Shown: positions 24,488 to 37,781, numbered from the stretch's first letter. The stretch: DNA of 64,000 bases from Octopus sinensis (GCF_006345805.1 NC_043014.1:15190001-15254000), one strand, 5' to 3'. Notes: generated by a model not told the origin, from the letters alone. Numbers and translations: made by a program.

Positions 24488-25541
24488 CGAGATGGTATCA
24501 AAACGTTCCCAGATTAGTTCTGTAGCATGCCAACAGATGGCAGTACACAGTTGTGTGCACAGTGAGAGCTAGTGGTGACCCTCACGAGGCAGTGTGCTGA
24601 GTAGCATTGTGAAATTTGTGTTTTTGTGATTCCTTGTATGCTGTATTTGGCAATTTTTGACATGGACAGGAAGTTTTGAACAAAGAACTACAGAGATATT
24701 GAGCATGCTTTGGCAAGCTTAAAGTGATGAGGCAATGGGTCGCAAGTGCTTCAAAAGCGGAAGAATGTCCCTCGAAGACTTACCATGAGTGTCACAAGTG
24801 GAAAAAATTCATCAGTTTGTGCATGTTCTTCATGATGACAATCCACTCTGTCACTGAGCCCTCCTCACTAGGGAGTTTCTCACTAAAAACAACATGGTAT
24901 CGCTTCTGCACCCAGCCTATTCACCAGTTTTAGCAACTGAAGACTGCCATCTCTTCCACGAGATGTGAAAGCAGCTCAAAAGTAACCATCTTAATACCGT
25001 TGTCAAAATCCAAAGCAAATTACACAGAAGGCCCTGGATTCACTTACAGAAAACAACTTCCAGACCGGATTCCAAATGTGGGAGGATTGCTGGGACCAGT
25101 GTACTGGTGCACAAGATGACTATTTCAAAGGAGATGGTGTTAAAACTAAGGCGTAGGAGTAGCTGTGTGGTAAGTAGCTTGCTTACCAACCACATGGTTC
25201 CAGGTTCAGTCCCACTGCGTGACACCTTGGGCAAGTGTCTTCTACTAAAGCCTTGGGCTGACCAAAGTATGTGTGTGTGTATATGTTTGTGTGTCTGTGT
25301 TTGTCCCTCCAACATCGCTTGACAACTGACGGTGGTGTGTTTACGTCCCTGTAACTTAGCAGTTCAGCAAAAGTACCGATAGAATAAGTACTAGGCTTAC
25401 AAAGAATAAGTCCTGGGGTCAATTTGGTCGACTAAAGGCGGTGCTTCAACATAGCCACAGTCAAATGACTGAAACCAGTAAAAGAATAAAGAGTAAATAA
25501 GTTAATTTTTTTAATTAAAACTTTTTTTTGGTATCACCTTG
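24488..25541 (+). mobile_element. Decayed mariner transposon with a nested family B SINE (25150-25495)
   Basis: TA|CGAGATGGTATCAAAACGTT...ACTTTTTTTTGGTATCACCTTG|TA. Remnant TREFLTKNNMVSLLHPAYSPVLA...WDQCTGAQDDYFKGD resembles the mariner HPPYSPDLAP...YFEG C-terminus. Confidence 0.85.
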
Positions 25542-26520
25542 TATTGGGTTAAAAAAAACCTTTGAATAGAAATATTCAAATGATTGCTTACAGAAGATGT
25601 GGGTTCAAGTCCTATGGACAACTTTCAGCTTTTTTTATCCAAGGGGTTTTTAAACACAATATTTACATGCTATTATTTACACTTTATCTACTTCAAGCCC
25701 TCTCAAAAAAACTGTTTTGAAAAGGATCATCTCTTTGATACAGGGTCTCTACAAAAAGACTGTTTTGGAAAGGATAATTTCTAAGGAAACACTACAATTG
25801 TGTTGCTAAATTATTACGGAAACATTACAAATATTGATTTCAAATTTTAGCACAAGGCCTGCAATCAACCCCAGTGCTTGATTGGTTCTTATTTTACAAC
25901 CCAGAAAGGATGAAAGGCAGACAACCTCAATGGAAATTACACTACAAATATTACAAGATATTACAAATCTGATTGACTGTTTTTTTACAAGGTGTTTCTA
26001 TCACTTTAGTTCAGGCATGAGCAGCGTTTATCGAGAAACAGGCTGCATGAGACGTGGCTCATCATCAAACGAACTAATTCATGCTAATTTTTTGTTGGCA
26101 TGCCATTTGGAGATTCCACCAGGACATAATTTTCCCAAGAGTGTTTTACATAACGATTAATGAGAAAGAGCATGGCTCAGTGGTTAGAGCGTGAAGCTTA
26201 CGATCGCGTAGTTGTGAGTTTGATTCCCAGACCAGGCTGTGTGATGTGTTCTTGACCAAGACACTTTATTTTCATGTTGTTCCAGTTCACTCAGCTGTAG
26301 AAATGAGCTGCGACGTCACAGGTGCCAAACTGTATCGGCCCTTGCCTTTCCCTTGGACAACATCGGTGACATGGAGAGGGGAGGCCGGTATGCATGGGCG
26401 ACTGCTGGTCTTCCATAAACAACTTTACCCAGACTTGTGCCTCAGAGGGTTACTTTCTAGATGCAATCCCATGGTCATGCATGACTGAAGGGGGTCGCCC
26501 TTCACCCTTCAATGTGAAGA

Positions 26521-26900
26521 TGCATGGCCTAGTAGTTAGGATGATGCACTCACAATTAGCAGATTATGGCTTCAATTCCCAAACCATGTGGCGCATTTTG
26601 TTCTCAAGCAAAACACTTTGTTCTACGTTGCTCTAGTGACATGTGGGAACCAGAATGTCAGAGAATAGACCCAACATTTCCTCCGCATGTCATAAAAGGG
26701 TAACTGAAAGAGACTGAGGTAAGATTTGTGCACCCCAACCTCGTAAAAACCCTCCCCAGCAACGACTACCCAAACAGACCCCATGCGTCAGAGGGCTGTC
26801 ATCAGAGTGATGCCGTTATACCATCCAGCAGAAGAGACTCACTAACATATGGTCGACGCAGCAACATGCTGTTGCAGCACATGACCCCATGCTGCTATAG

Positions 26901-26937
<37 letters not shown>

Positions 26938-27056
26938 AACTACTACTACAACTACTACAACTACTACTACTATTAATACTACTACTACTACTACTACTGC
27001 TACAACTACTACTACTACTACTACAACTACTACTACTATTAATACTACTACTACTG

Positions 27057-27098
<42 letters not shown>

Positions 27099-27125
27099 AC
27101 TAATAATAATAATAATAATAATAAT
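26521..27125 (+). mobile_element. tRNA-headed SINE variant ending in a long imperfect (ACT)n/(ACA)/(AAT) tail
   Basis: Head CATGGCCTAGTAGTTAGG, core TTGTTCTCAAGCAAAACACTT, unique body, microsatellite from about 26901 to 27125. Confidence 0.6.
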
Positions 27126-27455
27126 GCCAAAAAAAATCTATTCTAAAATAATAAAGATCAGCCCAACTTCACCCTAAAGAAGTTAATTGCAAAAGATGTA
27201 AAACTATAGGTATGTTTTCTAAAAGATATATTTAGGTTGTGGTAGTGGTGGTCGTGGTTGGGGGTGGGGTAAATGATCCAACTTATTCTAACTCCTATAC
27301 TATTTCCTTTACATTATTGTAGGAAACTGCGAAAACACACATTACTGTCTGTTAAGTATTTCAGTAACACATGAACATGTACACACATACATGTGTGTAT
27401 GTGTGTATGTATGTATGTATGTATGTATGTATGTGTATATATATATATATATATA

Positions 27456-27487
<32 letters not shown>

Positions 27488-27511
27488 CATATATACATAT
27501 ACACATATACA

Positions 27512-27547
<36 letters not shown>

Positions 27548-27592
27548 CATATATACATATACACATATACATATACACATATACATATATAT

Positions 27593-27624
<32 letters not shown>

Positions 27625-27873
27625 AAATAAAGTCAAGGTAACATTATCTGCAACCAAAGTAAAGGTTTGCTGGATGAGGTTTGGGATGAAGAATGGAAGC
27701 AAAACACAGACATAAGCTACAGCAGAGACAGAAACAGAAAGGGGGAGAGGGGAGGGGGATTTAAAAAAAAAAGAAAAAGAAAACAGAAAAAAAAACATAT
27801 AGAATAAATAATAAAATAAATAAATAAATAAACGGATAAATAAAGAGAATAAATATTCAGTTGAAACACTCAC

Positions 27874-27881
27874 CTGTTCAT
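27874..27881 (-). CDS. ATXN1: Ataxin-1, first coding exon portion (ATG AAC AG)
   Basis: Minus strand reads ...CAG ATG AAC AG|GTGAGT, a canonical donor at 27873. The 8 nt end in phase 2 and match the phase of the acceptor at 21585, giving M-N-R-N-G-C-G-Q in the long ORF frame. No transcript evidence. Confidence 0.7.
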
Positions 27882-28020
27882 CTGTTTCCTAACTCTCCTA
27901 TCTGCATATCTCCATTCATTAATAATAAAAAGATATGTGCATCAAACAACAACAACTACAAGAACAGCAACACAGCAGCAGGTACGAGTAGTTGTTCCAC
28001 CAGGTATTATATTATTATTT
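27882..28020 (-). other. ATXN1: Ataxin-1 5'UTR part of the start-codon exon, containing uORFs
   Basis: Acceptor cttcctccatgtttcAG at 28021 and the same donor as the first coding exon (27873). Contains three short ATG-initiated ORFs. Confidence 0.55.
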
Positions 28021-28154
28021 CTGAAACATGGAGGAAGTCTTTTATTTTTGTTTTTTTTTATAGATATTTATATGAATTTTTTGTTGTTTCGTTTGTTTAA
28101 GGGGTGGTTTTGTGTGTGTTTATTGTTTGTTTTTCCTTGTTCCTTAAAGCTTAC

Positions 28155-28302
28155 TGATAACGTAAATCCAAACAATTGCTTTGATGTGGTTTTTTTTTGC
28201 TTGGTCTTCTTCCTTTTTTCTACCACAGGCTCCGCGGGGTAGCTGATGCTGGTTCTGAATGGTTAGGGAAGTTTTCCAATCTTAAGCAACAAGCAACAAT
28301 CT
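28155..28302 (-). other. Candidate upstream non-coding exon of ataxin-1
   Basis: Acceptor ttttactattgcAG (28303) and donor TCA|GTAAGC (28154) bracket 148 nt of non-repetitive, ATG-free sequence. This implies a 134-nt intron to the next exon. Confidence 0.35.
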
Positions 28303-28578
28303 CTGCAATAGTAAAAGTGTTGGCAATATAAACAAACAATAGATGAACAGCTTTAAAATGTTACAAATGGAAAAAAAACACAACATAAAACACAACACCA
28401 TCATTTTTAGTATTAACCCTTTTGTTACCATATTCTTGTAGAAATACACTGCCTTTGTTTCAATTAATTTTCGAAATAATGAAGAATTTATTAGAATAAC
28501 TCTGTTGTTGTTAGGCTGTTGTGTGGAACATAAATTGACATGAAATTTTGGTAAAAGGATTTTGCTTTTTTTTTTTTT

Positions 28579-29451
28579 CAATTTAGAACCCTTTCATTAC
28601 TGTATTTATTTTGAGATGGTTTGTGTTTCTTTCAATTACTTTAAATATAACAAAGAATTTAGTAAAATAACTTAGTTATCATTCAGCTAGTGTTAGGAAC
28701 ATAAATTGTGACTAAGGTTTGGTGGAAGATTTTAATTGAAACCTTAATGAAAACAAGACATTTGTACAACAGAGCCAGAGCCGGTTTTAGCCGGATTGGT
28801 ATCGAAAGGGTTAAATCAGGGAATTTGTTTCATAGAACCTGGGTTAGTTTCAGGCAAGTAGGAATCAATAGAGATGAATATAAACCTAAAATGGTATTTT
28901 TATTTTGTTTTTCAATTTAGAACCCTTTCATTACTGTATTTATTTTGAGATGGTTTGTGTTTCTTTCAATTACTTTAAATATAACAAAGAATTTAGTAAA
29001 ATAACTTAGTTATCATTAAGTTAGTGTTAGGAACATAAATTGTGACTAAGGTTTGGTAGAAGATTTTAATTAAAACCTTAATGAAAACTAGACATTTGTA
29101 CAACAGAGCCAGAGCCGGTTTTAGCCGGATTGGTATCGAAAGGGTTAAATCAGGGAATTTGTTTCATAGAACCTGGGTTAATTTCAGGCAAGTAGGAATC
29201 AATAGGGTTGAATATAAACCTAAAATGGTATTTTTATTTTGTTTTTCAATTTAGAACCCTTTCATTACTGTATTTATTTTGCGATGGTTTGTGTTTCTTT
29301 AATGAAAACAAGACATTTGTACAACAGAGCCAGAGCCGGTTTTAGCCAAGTTGGTATCGAAAGGGTTAAAACAGGAAATTTGTTTCATAGAACCTGGGTT
29401 AATTTCAGGCAAGTAGGAATCAATAGAGCTGAATATAATCTTAAAATGGTA
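28579..29451. repeat. Tandem triplication of a 334-bp unit (piggyBac-type MITE plus flank)
   Basis: CAATTTAGAACCC recurs at 28579, 28913 and 29247. The third unit is internally deleted. Confidence 0.9.
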
Positions 29452-30017
29452 TGTCAGCTAATTCTAGAGCTAAAAATAGGTCTACTGCTCTAAAAAATAA
29501 AATAGGTCCAAAAATATTTATGGAATATGGAGAAGTTGGTACGTGTCCTGCGCTTTCACAGATTCTTTATGAATAGTTCTTCTCTGGGCTTCTGCATTCA
29601 GATAGTGAATACTGTCACCAACTGTTTCTACATGTAATACTAGCAACATATGATACATTCTGTAGTATGAAAAATGTATGATACTTTGATATAAAATATA
29701 TTATATAATGATACGATGAGAGCAAATATGTATAAATATGGAAAAATATTCTAAATTGATATTACATTTGTATTGTATAACTATGAAATTATAATATATA
29801 TAATAATACAATTCAGTGTGTGTATGTATATATATATATAGGCGTAGGAGTGGCTGTGTGGTAAGTAGCTTGCTTACGAACCACATGGTTCCATGTTCAG
29901 TCCCACTGCGTGGCACCTTAGGGCAGGTGTCTTCGACTATGGCCTCGGGCTGATCAAAGCCTTGTGAGTGGATTTGGTAGACGGAAACTGAAAGAAGCCT
30001 GTCGTATATATGTGTAC

Positions 30018-30050
<33 letters not shown>

Positions 30051-30681
30051 CGCGTATGTGTTTATGTGTCTATGTCTGTTCCCCCAACATCGCTTGACAA
30101 TCAATGCTGGTGTGTTTATGCCCCCGTAACTTAGCAGTTCGGCAAAAGAGACGGAGAGAGTAAGTACTAGGCTTACATTACAAAGAATAAGTCCTGGGGT
30201 CGATTTGCTCGACTAAAGGCAGTGCTCCAGCATGGCCACCGTCAAATGACTGAAACAGGTAAAGAGTAAAAGAGTATATATATATGTATATATATAGAGA
30301 GAAAGAGAGGGAGAGAGGGAGAGATAGAAAGATAGACAGACAGAGACACATAGGCAGAGAGAAAGAGAGAGAGCAACAGAAGATAGATATAGATATATAT
30401 ATGGAGGGCTTCTTTCAGTTTCCTTCTACCAAATCCACTCACAAAGTTTGGGTTGACCCAGGTTTACAGTAGGTGACATTTGCCCAAGGTGTCACACAGA
30501 GGGACTGAACCTGGAACCATGTGGTTGGGAAGCAAACTTCTTAACCACACAGCCACACCTGCACCTATGGCTCTGCACTCATCAATACACTAATCTGAGA
30601 AAAGTGACATGATGGTCACGATTGGAAAGTCTCTGTTCGTAACGTTTTGCCCACATCATGACTGACCCAGGGAGCTAAACC

Positions 30682-30713
<32 letters not shown>

Positions 30714-31384
30714 AAACAATTTTAATAAAATGAAGAATGAGTCAGAACATTCCTGAACTTCTTAGATATGAGAGGAGGAGGAGGAGGGGAAGGCGGGGAG
30801 GGGAAGATCATCATCAAACAAGTAAAGCATATAAGGTATGTAAATAAATAAAATAAAAGCAACTACACACACACACACACATGCAAACACACACATGCAA
30901 ACACACACACACACACACATACACACGCAGTCTGCAGGCACTTGTGCAAATATGCAAGTCAAAGTCATACATTTTCCCCTTTTTTATTCTCTCACACACC
31001 CAAAGCATACACTCTCTCATTCTCCTTCTTCCCCCTCTCCTCCGCCTCTCGCAGGCCCAACTATACAAATTATAAACTCACAGGCCTGGGAATACTCACA
31101 TATACATATATACAACAACTCTCTCTGTCTCTCTATCTCTCTCTCTCTCCTCCTCTTTCACTTTAACACATACAAACATTCTGCAGTCACATAACAACAA
31201 ATGCATACACTGCTTTCATATATTACCCAACTCGCACACCTGTGATTACATATGTAAAACGTTTTACATAGGTATAGTAGAAGACCCTGGCGGTACCTTG
31301 GACAATTGTCTTCTACTATAGCCTCAAGAGTGGATTTGTTAGATGGAAACTGAAAGAAGCATGTATATATATATATATATATAT

Positions 31385-31684
31385 GTTTGTTCCTCTCGAG
31401 CCATGCCTGGCTCATGAGGGCCGGTTTCCTGGTTTCCTTGGTGTATAGGTTTCCCACCTGGACGAGACTCAGATCCGTCACAGGTGAGCTGCAAGATGCA
31501 GGAGGAAAGAGTGAGAGAAGTTATGGCGAAAGAGTTAGCAGAAATTCGCCGTTACCTTCTGCCGGAGCCGCGTGGAGCTTAGGTGTTTCACTCCTAAACA
31601 CACACATCGCGTTGTCTAAGATTCGAACCCGTGATTCCTTGACCGAGAGTCCACTGCTCTAACCACTAGGCCATGTGCCTCCAC
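31385..31684 (-). mobile_element. tRNA-derived SINE family F, tail type 2
   Basis: Minus strand GTGGAGGCACATGGCCTAGTGGTTAGAGCAG...GGGTTCGAATC. Homologues at 53843-54140 (-) and 40795-41027 (-). Confidence 0.8.
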
Positions 31685-32798
31685 ACACACACACACATAT
31701 ATATGTAGGGTTAGGGTTATATATATATAGGCACAAGCGTGACTGTGTGGTAAGAAGCTTACTTCCAACCACATGGTTCTGTGTTCAGTCCCACTGCGTA
31801 GCACCTTGGGCAAGTGTCTTCTACTATATCCTCAGGCCGACCAAGGCCTTGTGAGTAGATTTGGCAGATGGAAACTGAAAAAAAACCTGTCATGTGTGTG
31901 TGTGTGTGTGCGTGTATGTGTATTTATGTGTGTGTGTCTTTGTTTGTTCCCCACCATCGCTTGACAACCAGTGTTGGCGTGTTTATGTTCCCACAGCTTA
32001 GTGGTTTAGCAAAAGAGACAGACAAAGTACTAGGCTTACAAAGAATAAGTCCTGGGGTCGATTTCTTTGACTAAAAAACCCTTTAAGGCAGTGCTCCAGC
32101 ATGGCTGAAACAAAGAAAAGAATAAAAGAATGTGTGTGTGTATACGTGTTTGTGTCTGTATTTATCCTCCACTGCCACTTGATAACTGGTGTTGGTTTGT
32201 TTACATCCCTGTAACTAAGCGATCAGCCAAAGAGACTGATAAAATAAGCACCAGGCTTTAAACAAAAAATCCTGGGGTCAATTCATTCAATTAAAAATTC
32301 TTTAAGGTGATGCCCCAGTATGGCCACAGTCTAATAGATGGAACAAGTAAAAGGAAAAGACACACACACCCACAGCCACAATGAGCTTTGACATAGTTTC
32401 TGTCTACTGAATTCACTCTGAAGGCATTGGTCAGCCCAGGGTTATAGTAGAAGGCATTTTATTTTGCCCAAGGTGCTATACCCTGGGACTGAACCTGAAA
32501 CCATGTGCTAACAAAGAGAGCTTCTTAACCACACTGTCATGCTTGCAGCCATGTAGATACCAGCTAAAATAAAAAATAAAAAAGATAGGATGGCCATGAA
32601 TGGAGATCCCTTACTGGTACATCAGCTTGATCAAATTTCACCCGGATGCTAAACAACAACTATAGGAGAAGGAGAGAGGAGGAGGAGGAGAAAGAAGTGG
32701 AAGAGAAGGGAGAGGGGGGTGGGCTTAAAAGACATGACAAAATTAAGTCATTATACTTGAAACATTAGAAGCTGAAGCATGCCTAGACAATATGATTG

Positions 32799-32825
32799 TG
32801 ACCTGCGACCTCTGACCTCTGACAA
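32799..32825. promoter_or_regulatory. Array of four nuclear-receptor half-sites at 7-bp period (DR1-like)
   Basis: TGACCT g CGACCT c TGACCT c TGACAA in otherwise unique sequence. Function is inferred only. Confidence 0.35.
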
Positions 32826-35800
32826 GAAAAAAAAAAGAAAAAAAATGAACAACACATTCTCTGAATTCTTTCAGATTTGAAAATTACATAAAGCTGCAAT
32901 GTGTCTGTCTGTTGGATATTTGAAGTGGAATTTGGAGATTTTTATCTTAATCCATGCCTTAAAGGAATATAAACACGCAGACAATATATATATATTATGT
33001 ATATCTATATTTTTAGTGTGTTTATTTCAATTCATATATGTATATTTATATACACATATACATACATACACAATATATATATATGAATGTTATGAATGTA
33101 CTTATGTAGTTGAAAACATATACATCATCATCATCATACATTGTCGTGGTCGGCTAACATCTGTTTTCCTTGCTGACATGAGTTGGATGGTTTGACAAGA
33201 GCTGTCCAGCCAGTAGACTGTGCCATGCTTCTGCGTCACCTCTCCTCTCCACGCCACCTATGTTATATCCAAGGGAAAGGTAAAGGCCGATACAGCTTGG
33301 CACTAATGACTTTGCAACTCATTTCTACAGCTGAGTGAACTGGAGCAACGTGAAATAAAGTGTCTTACTCTTTACTCATTTACTTGTTTCAGTCATTTGA
33401 GTGTGGCCATGCTGGAGCACTGCCTTTAGTCGAGCAAATTGACTCCAGGACTTATTCTTTGGAAGCCTAGTACTTATTCTATCGGTCTATTTGCTGAACC
33501 GCTAAGTTACAGGGACATAAACACACCAGCATTGGTTGTCATGCGATGTTGGGGGGACAAACACAGACATACAAACTTATACTTAGACATACATACATAT
33601 ATATATACACACACACAAACACACACACATATATATATATATACGATGGGCTTCTTTCAGTTTCCATCTACCAAATCCACTGACACGGCTTTGGTTGGCC
33701 CGACGTTATAGTAGAAGACACTTGCCCAAGGTGCCACGCAGTGGTACTGAACCTGGAACCATGTGGTTGGTAAGCAAGCTACTGACCACACAGCCACTCT
33801 TGCTCAAGAACACAACACACAGGCTGGTCTGGGAATTGAACTCACTACCTCATGATTGTCACCAACACTAATGAGGTTTGCTATGCATCTTGCAAGATTA
33901 TGAACCATGGGTGGGGAAGTGGGGAACTTCATGTGAAAAAAAATAAGGAACTGAAAGGGTTAAAGCCAAACAAGTTTCTTGCTGAAAAAAAGCCATCATT
34001 ATCTTTGTTTTACAATCCACCCTTCCACACTGGTTGGGGGTACAGGTCAGACCAAAGGAGTCAAACTTGTTTGGCTTTGCAGGTTGGATTGAAACATAAA
34101 TTAGATCATAAATTAGGTGTTAAATAAGAATAATTACACCTTAAAAACACTGTTCATACTGTAGGTAGGCTAAATTAAATGGATGAAAGTGAGTGTGGGG
34201 CAAGTTTGTTGAAAGGTGAGTGAATGTTGGAAGAATGGCCAGTGTGAAAGAAGCAATTCTGAGTATACACCTGTGAAAAAATAAAAGAAGGGCTCTTGCT
34301 CTGTTGGTCAGGCACCCCTGGCTTTTGTGGGGTTTTCCACAAGTAACCTTTAAAGTACCACCCCCATTGCAAGTTTTTATTGTTTAATTTTTGTCTGTTA
34401 TTTCCTGTATACACAAACGTGAAAACCCATTGCATTCTCTGGTTTTTGTCTTTTAATGTTATTGTATATCCTTTCATATTTGTATATATTAGCCCTTCTG
34501 GTCAATAAAAGAATAAATTATTATTATTATTATTATTATTTAAGACATCACACAGTATCCAATGTTGTTATTATCATTATTACTATTAATAATACTAATA
34601 TTACTGTTCCTAATTTTAGTACAAGAGAGGCTATTTTAGTGGGAAGAGTATCAGTTGATTACATATGACCCCAGTATATGGCTGGTACTTGATTTTATTG
34701 GCTTTAGAAGGATGAAAGAGAAAGTTGACTTAGGGTAGACTTTGAACTCAGAAAGCTAAGCATTTCATCCAATGCACTGCCGATTCTTCAAGCTTGATGC
34801 TTTAACAAAAACAATGGCTCCAAATTTAGGTAAAAAGCCAGCAATTTTATGGGAGAGGGACAGTCGATTACACTGACCCCCACCCTAACCCCAGCACTCA
34901 ACTTATATAGATTTTAAGGCTGACCTCATCAGAATTTGAACTTACAATATAAAATGACAGAAGAATGCCACAAAGCATTTTATCTGATGTACTAGCAATT
35001 CTGCCAGCCTGCCATCTTTCTTTTATTCTTTTACTTGTTTCAGTCATTTGACTGCGGCCATGCTGGAGCACCGCCTTTAGTCAAATCAAATCAACCCCAG
35101 GACTTATTCTTAGTACTTAGTCTATTAGTCTCCTTTGCTGAACCACTAAGTTATGGGGACCTAAACATACCAGCATCAGTTGTCAAGCAATGTTGGGGGG
35201 ACAAACACAGACACACACATATATATACATATACACAACGGTCATCTTTCAGTTTCCATCTACCAAAGTGTCTTCTATTATAGCCTCGAGCCGACCAAAG
35301 CCTTGTGAGTGGTCACAAGGTTTTGGTCGGCTCGAGGCTATAATAGAAGACACTTGCCCAAGGTGCCACGCAGTAGGGCTGAACCCAGAATCATGTGGCT
35401 GGTAAGCAAGCTACTTACCACACAGCCACATTAAAGAGTAAAGGGTAATGATCCCCTTCAGCCATGAATGACCATGGACTACACCTGGAAAGTTCCCCTC
35501 TGAGGCACATGTTCTGGCAAGGTTGTTTATGGAAGACCAACAGCCACCCATGCATATCAGCCTCCCCTCTCCATGCCACCGGTGTTATCCAAGGGAAAGG
35601 CGAAGGCCGATACAGCTTGGCACCAGTGATGTTGCAGGTGCAATGTGAAATGAAGTGTCTTGTTCAAGAACACAACACACAGCCTGGTGTGAGAATCAAA
35701 CTCACTACCTCATGATTGTGATCCCAATACTCTAACCACTGAGCCATGTGCCTTCATGTGGCTGTGTGGTAAGTAGCTTGCTAACCAACCACATGGTTGC

Positions 35801-35913
35801 GGGTTCAGTCCCACTGCATGGCATCTTGGGCGAGTGTCTTCTGCTATAGCCCCGGGCCGACCAATGCCTTGTGAGTGGATTTGGTAGACAGAAACTGAAA
35901 GAAGCCTGTCGTA

Positions 35914-35970
<57 letters not shown>

Positions 35971-36619
35971 GTGTGTGTGTGTGTGATTGTGTATCTGTGT
36001 TTGTCCCCTAGCATTGCTTGACAACCGATGCTGGTGTGTTTACGTCCCCGTCACTTAGCGGTTTGGCAAAAGAGACCGATAGAATAAGTACTGGGCTTAC
36101 AAAGAATAAGTCCCGGGGTCGATTTGCTCGACTAAAGGCGGTGCTCCGGCATGGCCGCAGTCAAATGACTGAAACAAGTAAAAGAGTAAGATATAGCTTA
36201 TTAGCGAATAAGCAAGGGGGGAGAGAGCGAAGAGAGATGAGGGGTGTTAATTTAATTAGCTTTAACCTTAAATGCTAATTTACTTAGGTAATTTTGAGAA
36301 GGCCATGCCACCAAAGATCATCACACAAAGTAATAGACCAGCCTCTCTTAGCAATCCACCCTCCCCACTATCGCCATCACATTCAATGACACCATACCCC
36401 GTCCCCATTATGCACCCCTTAATCTCCCTAATTTATAGCTCTTTAAAACTCATGCAGTGCAAATTTACTTAGAGGCTGTGCTGCAATGTTTCAGCAAGAC
36501 ATATCTTGACAGGGTTTGCAGACACTGTTTTATTGCAGTTTGAATGTCAGAGCAGCAGCAGAGAAGGTGGATGGTAGAAGGGAGAGGTATGTGGGGTTTA
36601 TTGTAGTTTATCTGTAGGT

Positions 36620-36652
<33 letters not shown>

Positions 36653-37781
36653 AAGGAGCAGAGACAGAATGTGACAAAATGTCAACACTAAACAAGTTGT
36701 TGGAATAAAAGTGAGAGCAATAGGGAGGCAGTGTGGCGAGAATAGAAAGAGGGGGGTGGCATATGAAGAGGAGGCAAAAGAAAAAGGAACAGGCTATAGG
36801 GGGGCACAAATGAGAGGGGGACAGACAGGCAGAGGGAGAAAAATGAAAGAGGAGGAATGTAAGAACTGTTTAAAAAAAATATGCCATACATACACAAACA
36901 TACATCACACCACACACACAAACATATACTGTTTATGTATGTATATAGACACACACATAACATATTATTATATACACATACATGTATACATACACACACC
37001 ATGAATTCAGAGTGAGTAAGCTTTTTAATAGCACTTCATCTATTTTCTTTTGTGTCTTTATTTAAATTGGCTGTTTTTTTAAAAAAAACATTACTATCAT
37101 TATTGTTGTTGTTGTTGTTATTACTATATTTTTGCTTTGATTGACTTTTTGAAGTTGAACAGCTGTTGTATGACATCACGTTGACGCAGAATACCAACAG
37201 CCCCACCTCAACCAACACCGGACCACCACAGCCGCCACCTGCATCCCCACCTCACACCTACCCTGTTTGTTTTTACATTTTTTATCAATGCAATTAAAAA
37301 CTAATGCATACTTTCCTTTTTCTTTTTCCTCACCCTGACTTTGAACAAGTTTCTTATATATAATATGCCTTGTTATCATCATCATCATCATAAACCACAA
37401 TATTAACTGGCCTGTGCTGGTGGCACGTAAAAAGCACCATCCGATCGTGGCCATTGCCAGCCCTGCCTGGCCCCCGTGCCGGTGGCACGTAAAAAGCACC
37501 ATCCAATCGTGGCCGTTGCCAGCCTCGCCTGGCCCCCATGCCAGTGGCACATAAAAAGCACCATCCGATCGTGGCTGTTTGCCTGTGCCGGTGGCACGTA
37601 AAAGCACTCACTATACTCACGGAGTGGTTGGCATTAGGAAGGGCATCCAGCTGTAGAAACATTGCCAGATCAGACTGGGCCTGGTGCAGCCTTCTGGCTT
37701 CCCAGACCCCAGTTGAACCGTCCAACCCATGCTAGCATGGAAAGCGGACGCTAAACGATGATGATGATGATGATGATGATT

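Noticed and set aside
34175-34477. 100-aa minus-strand ORF as a coding exon
   Set aside because: No homology recognised, and it spans an internal acceptor-like site. At most a non-coding exon candidate.
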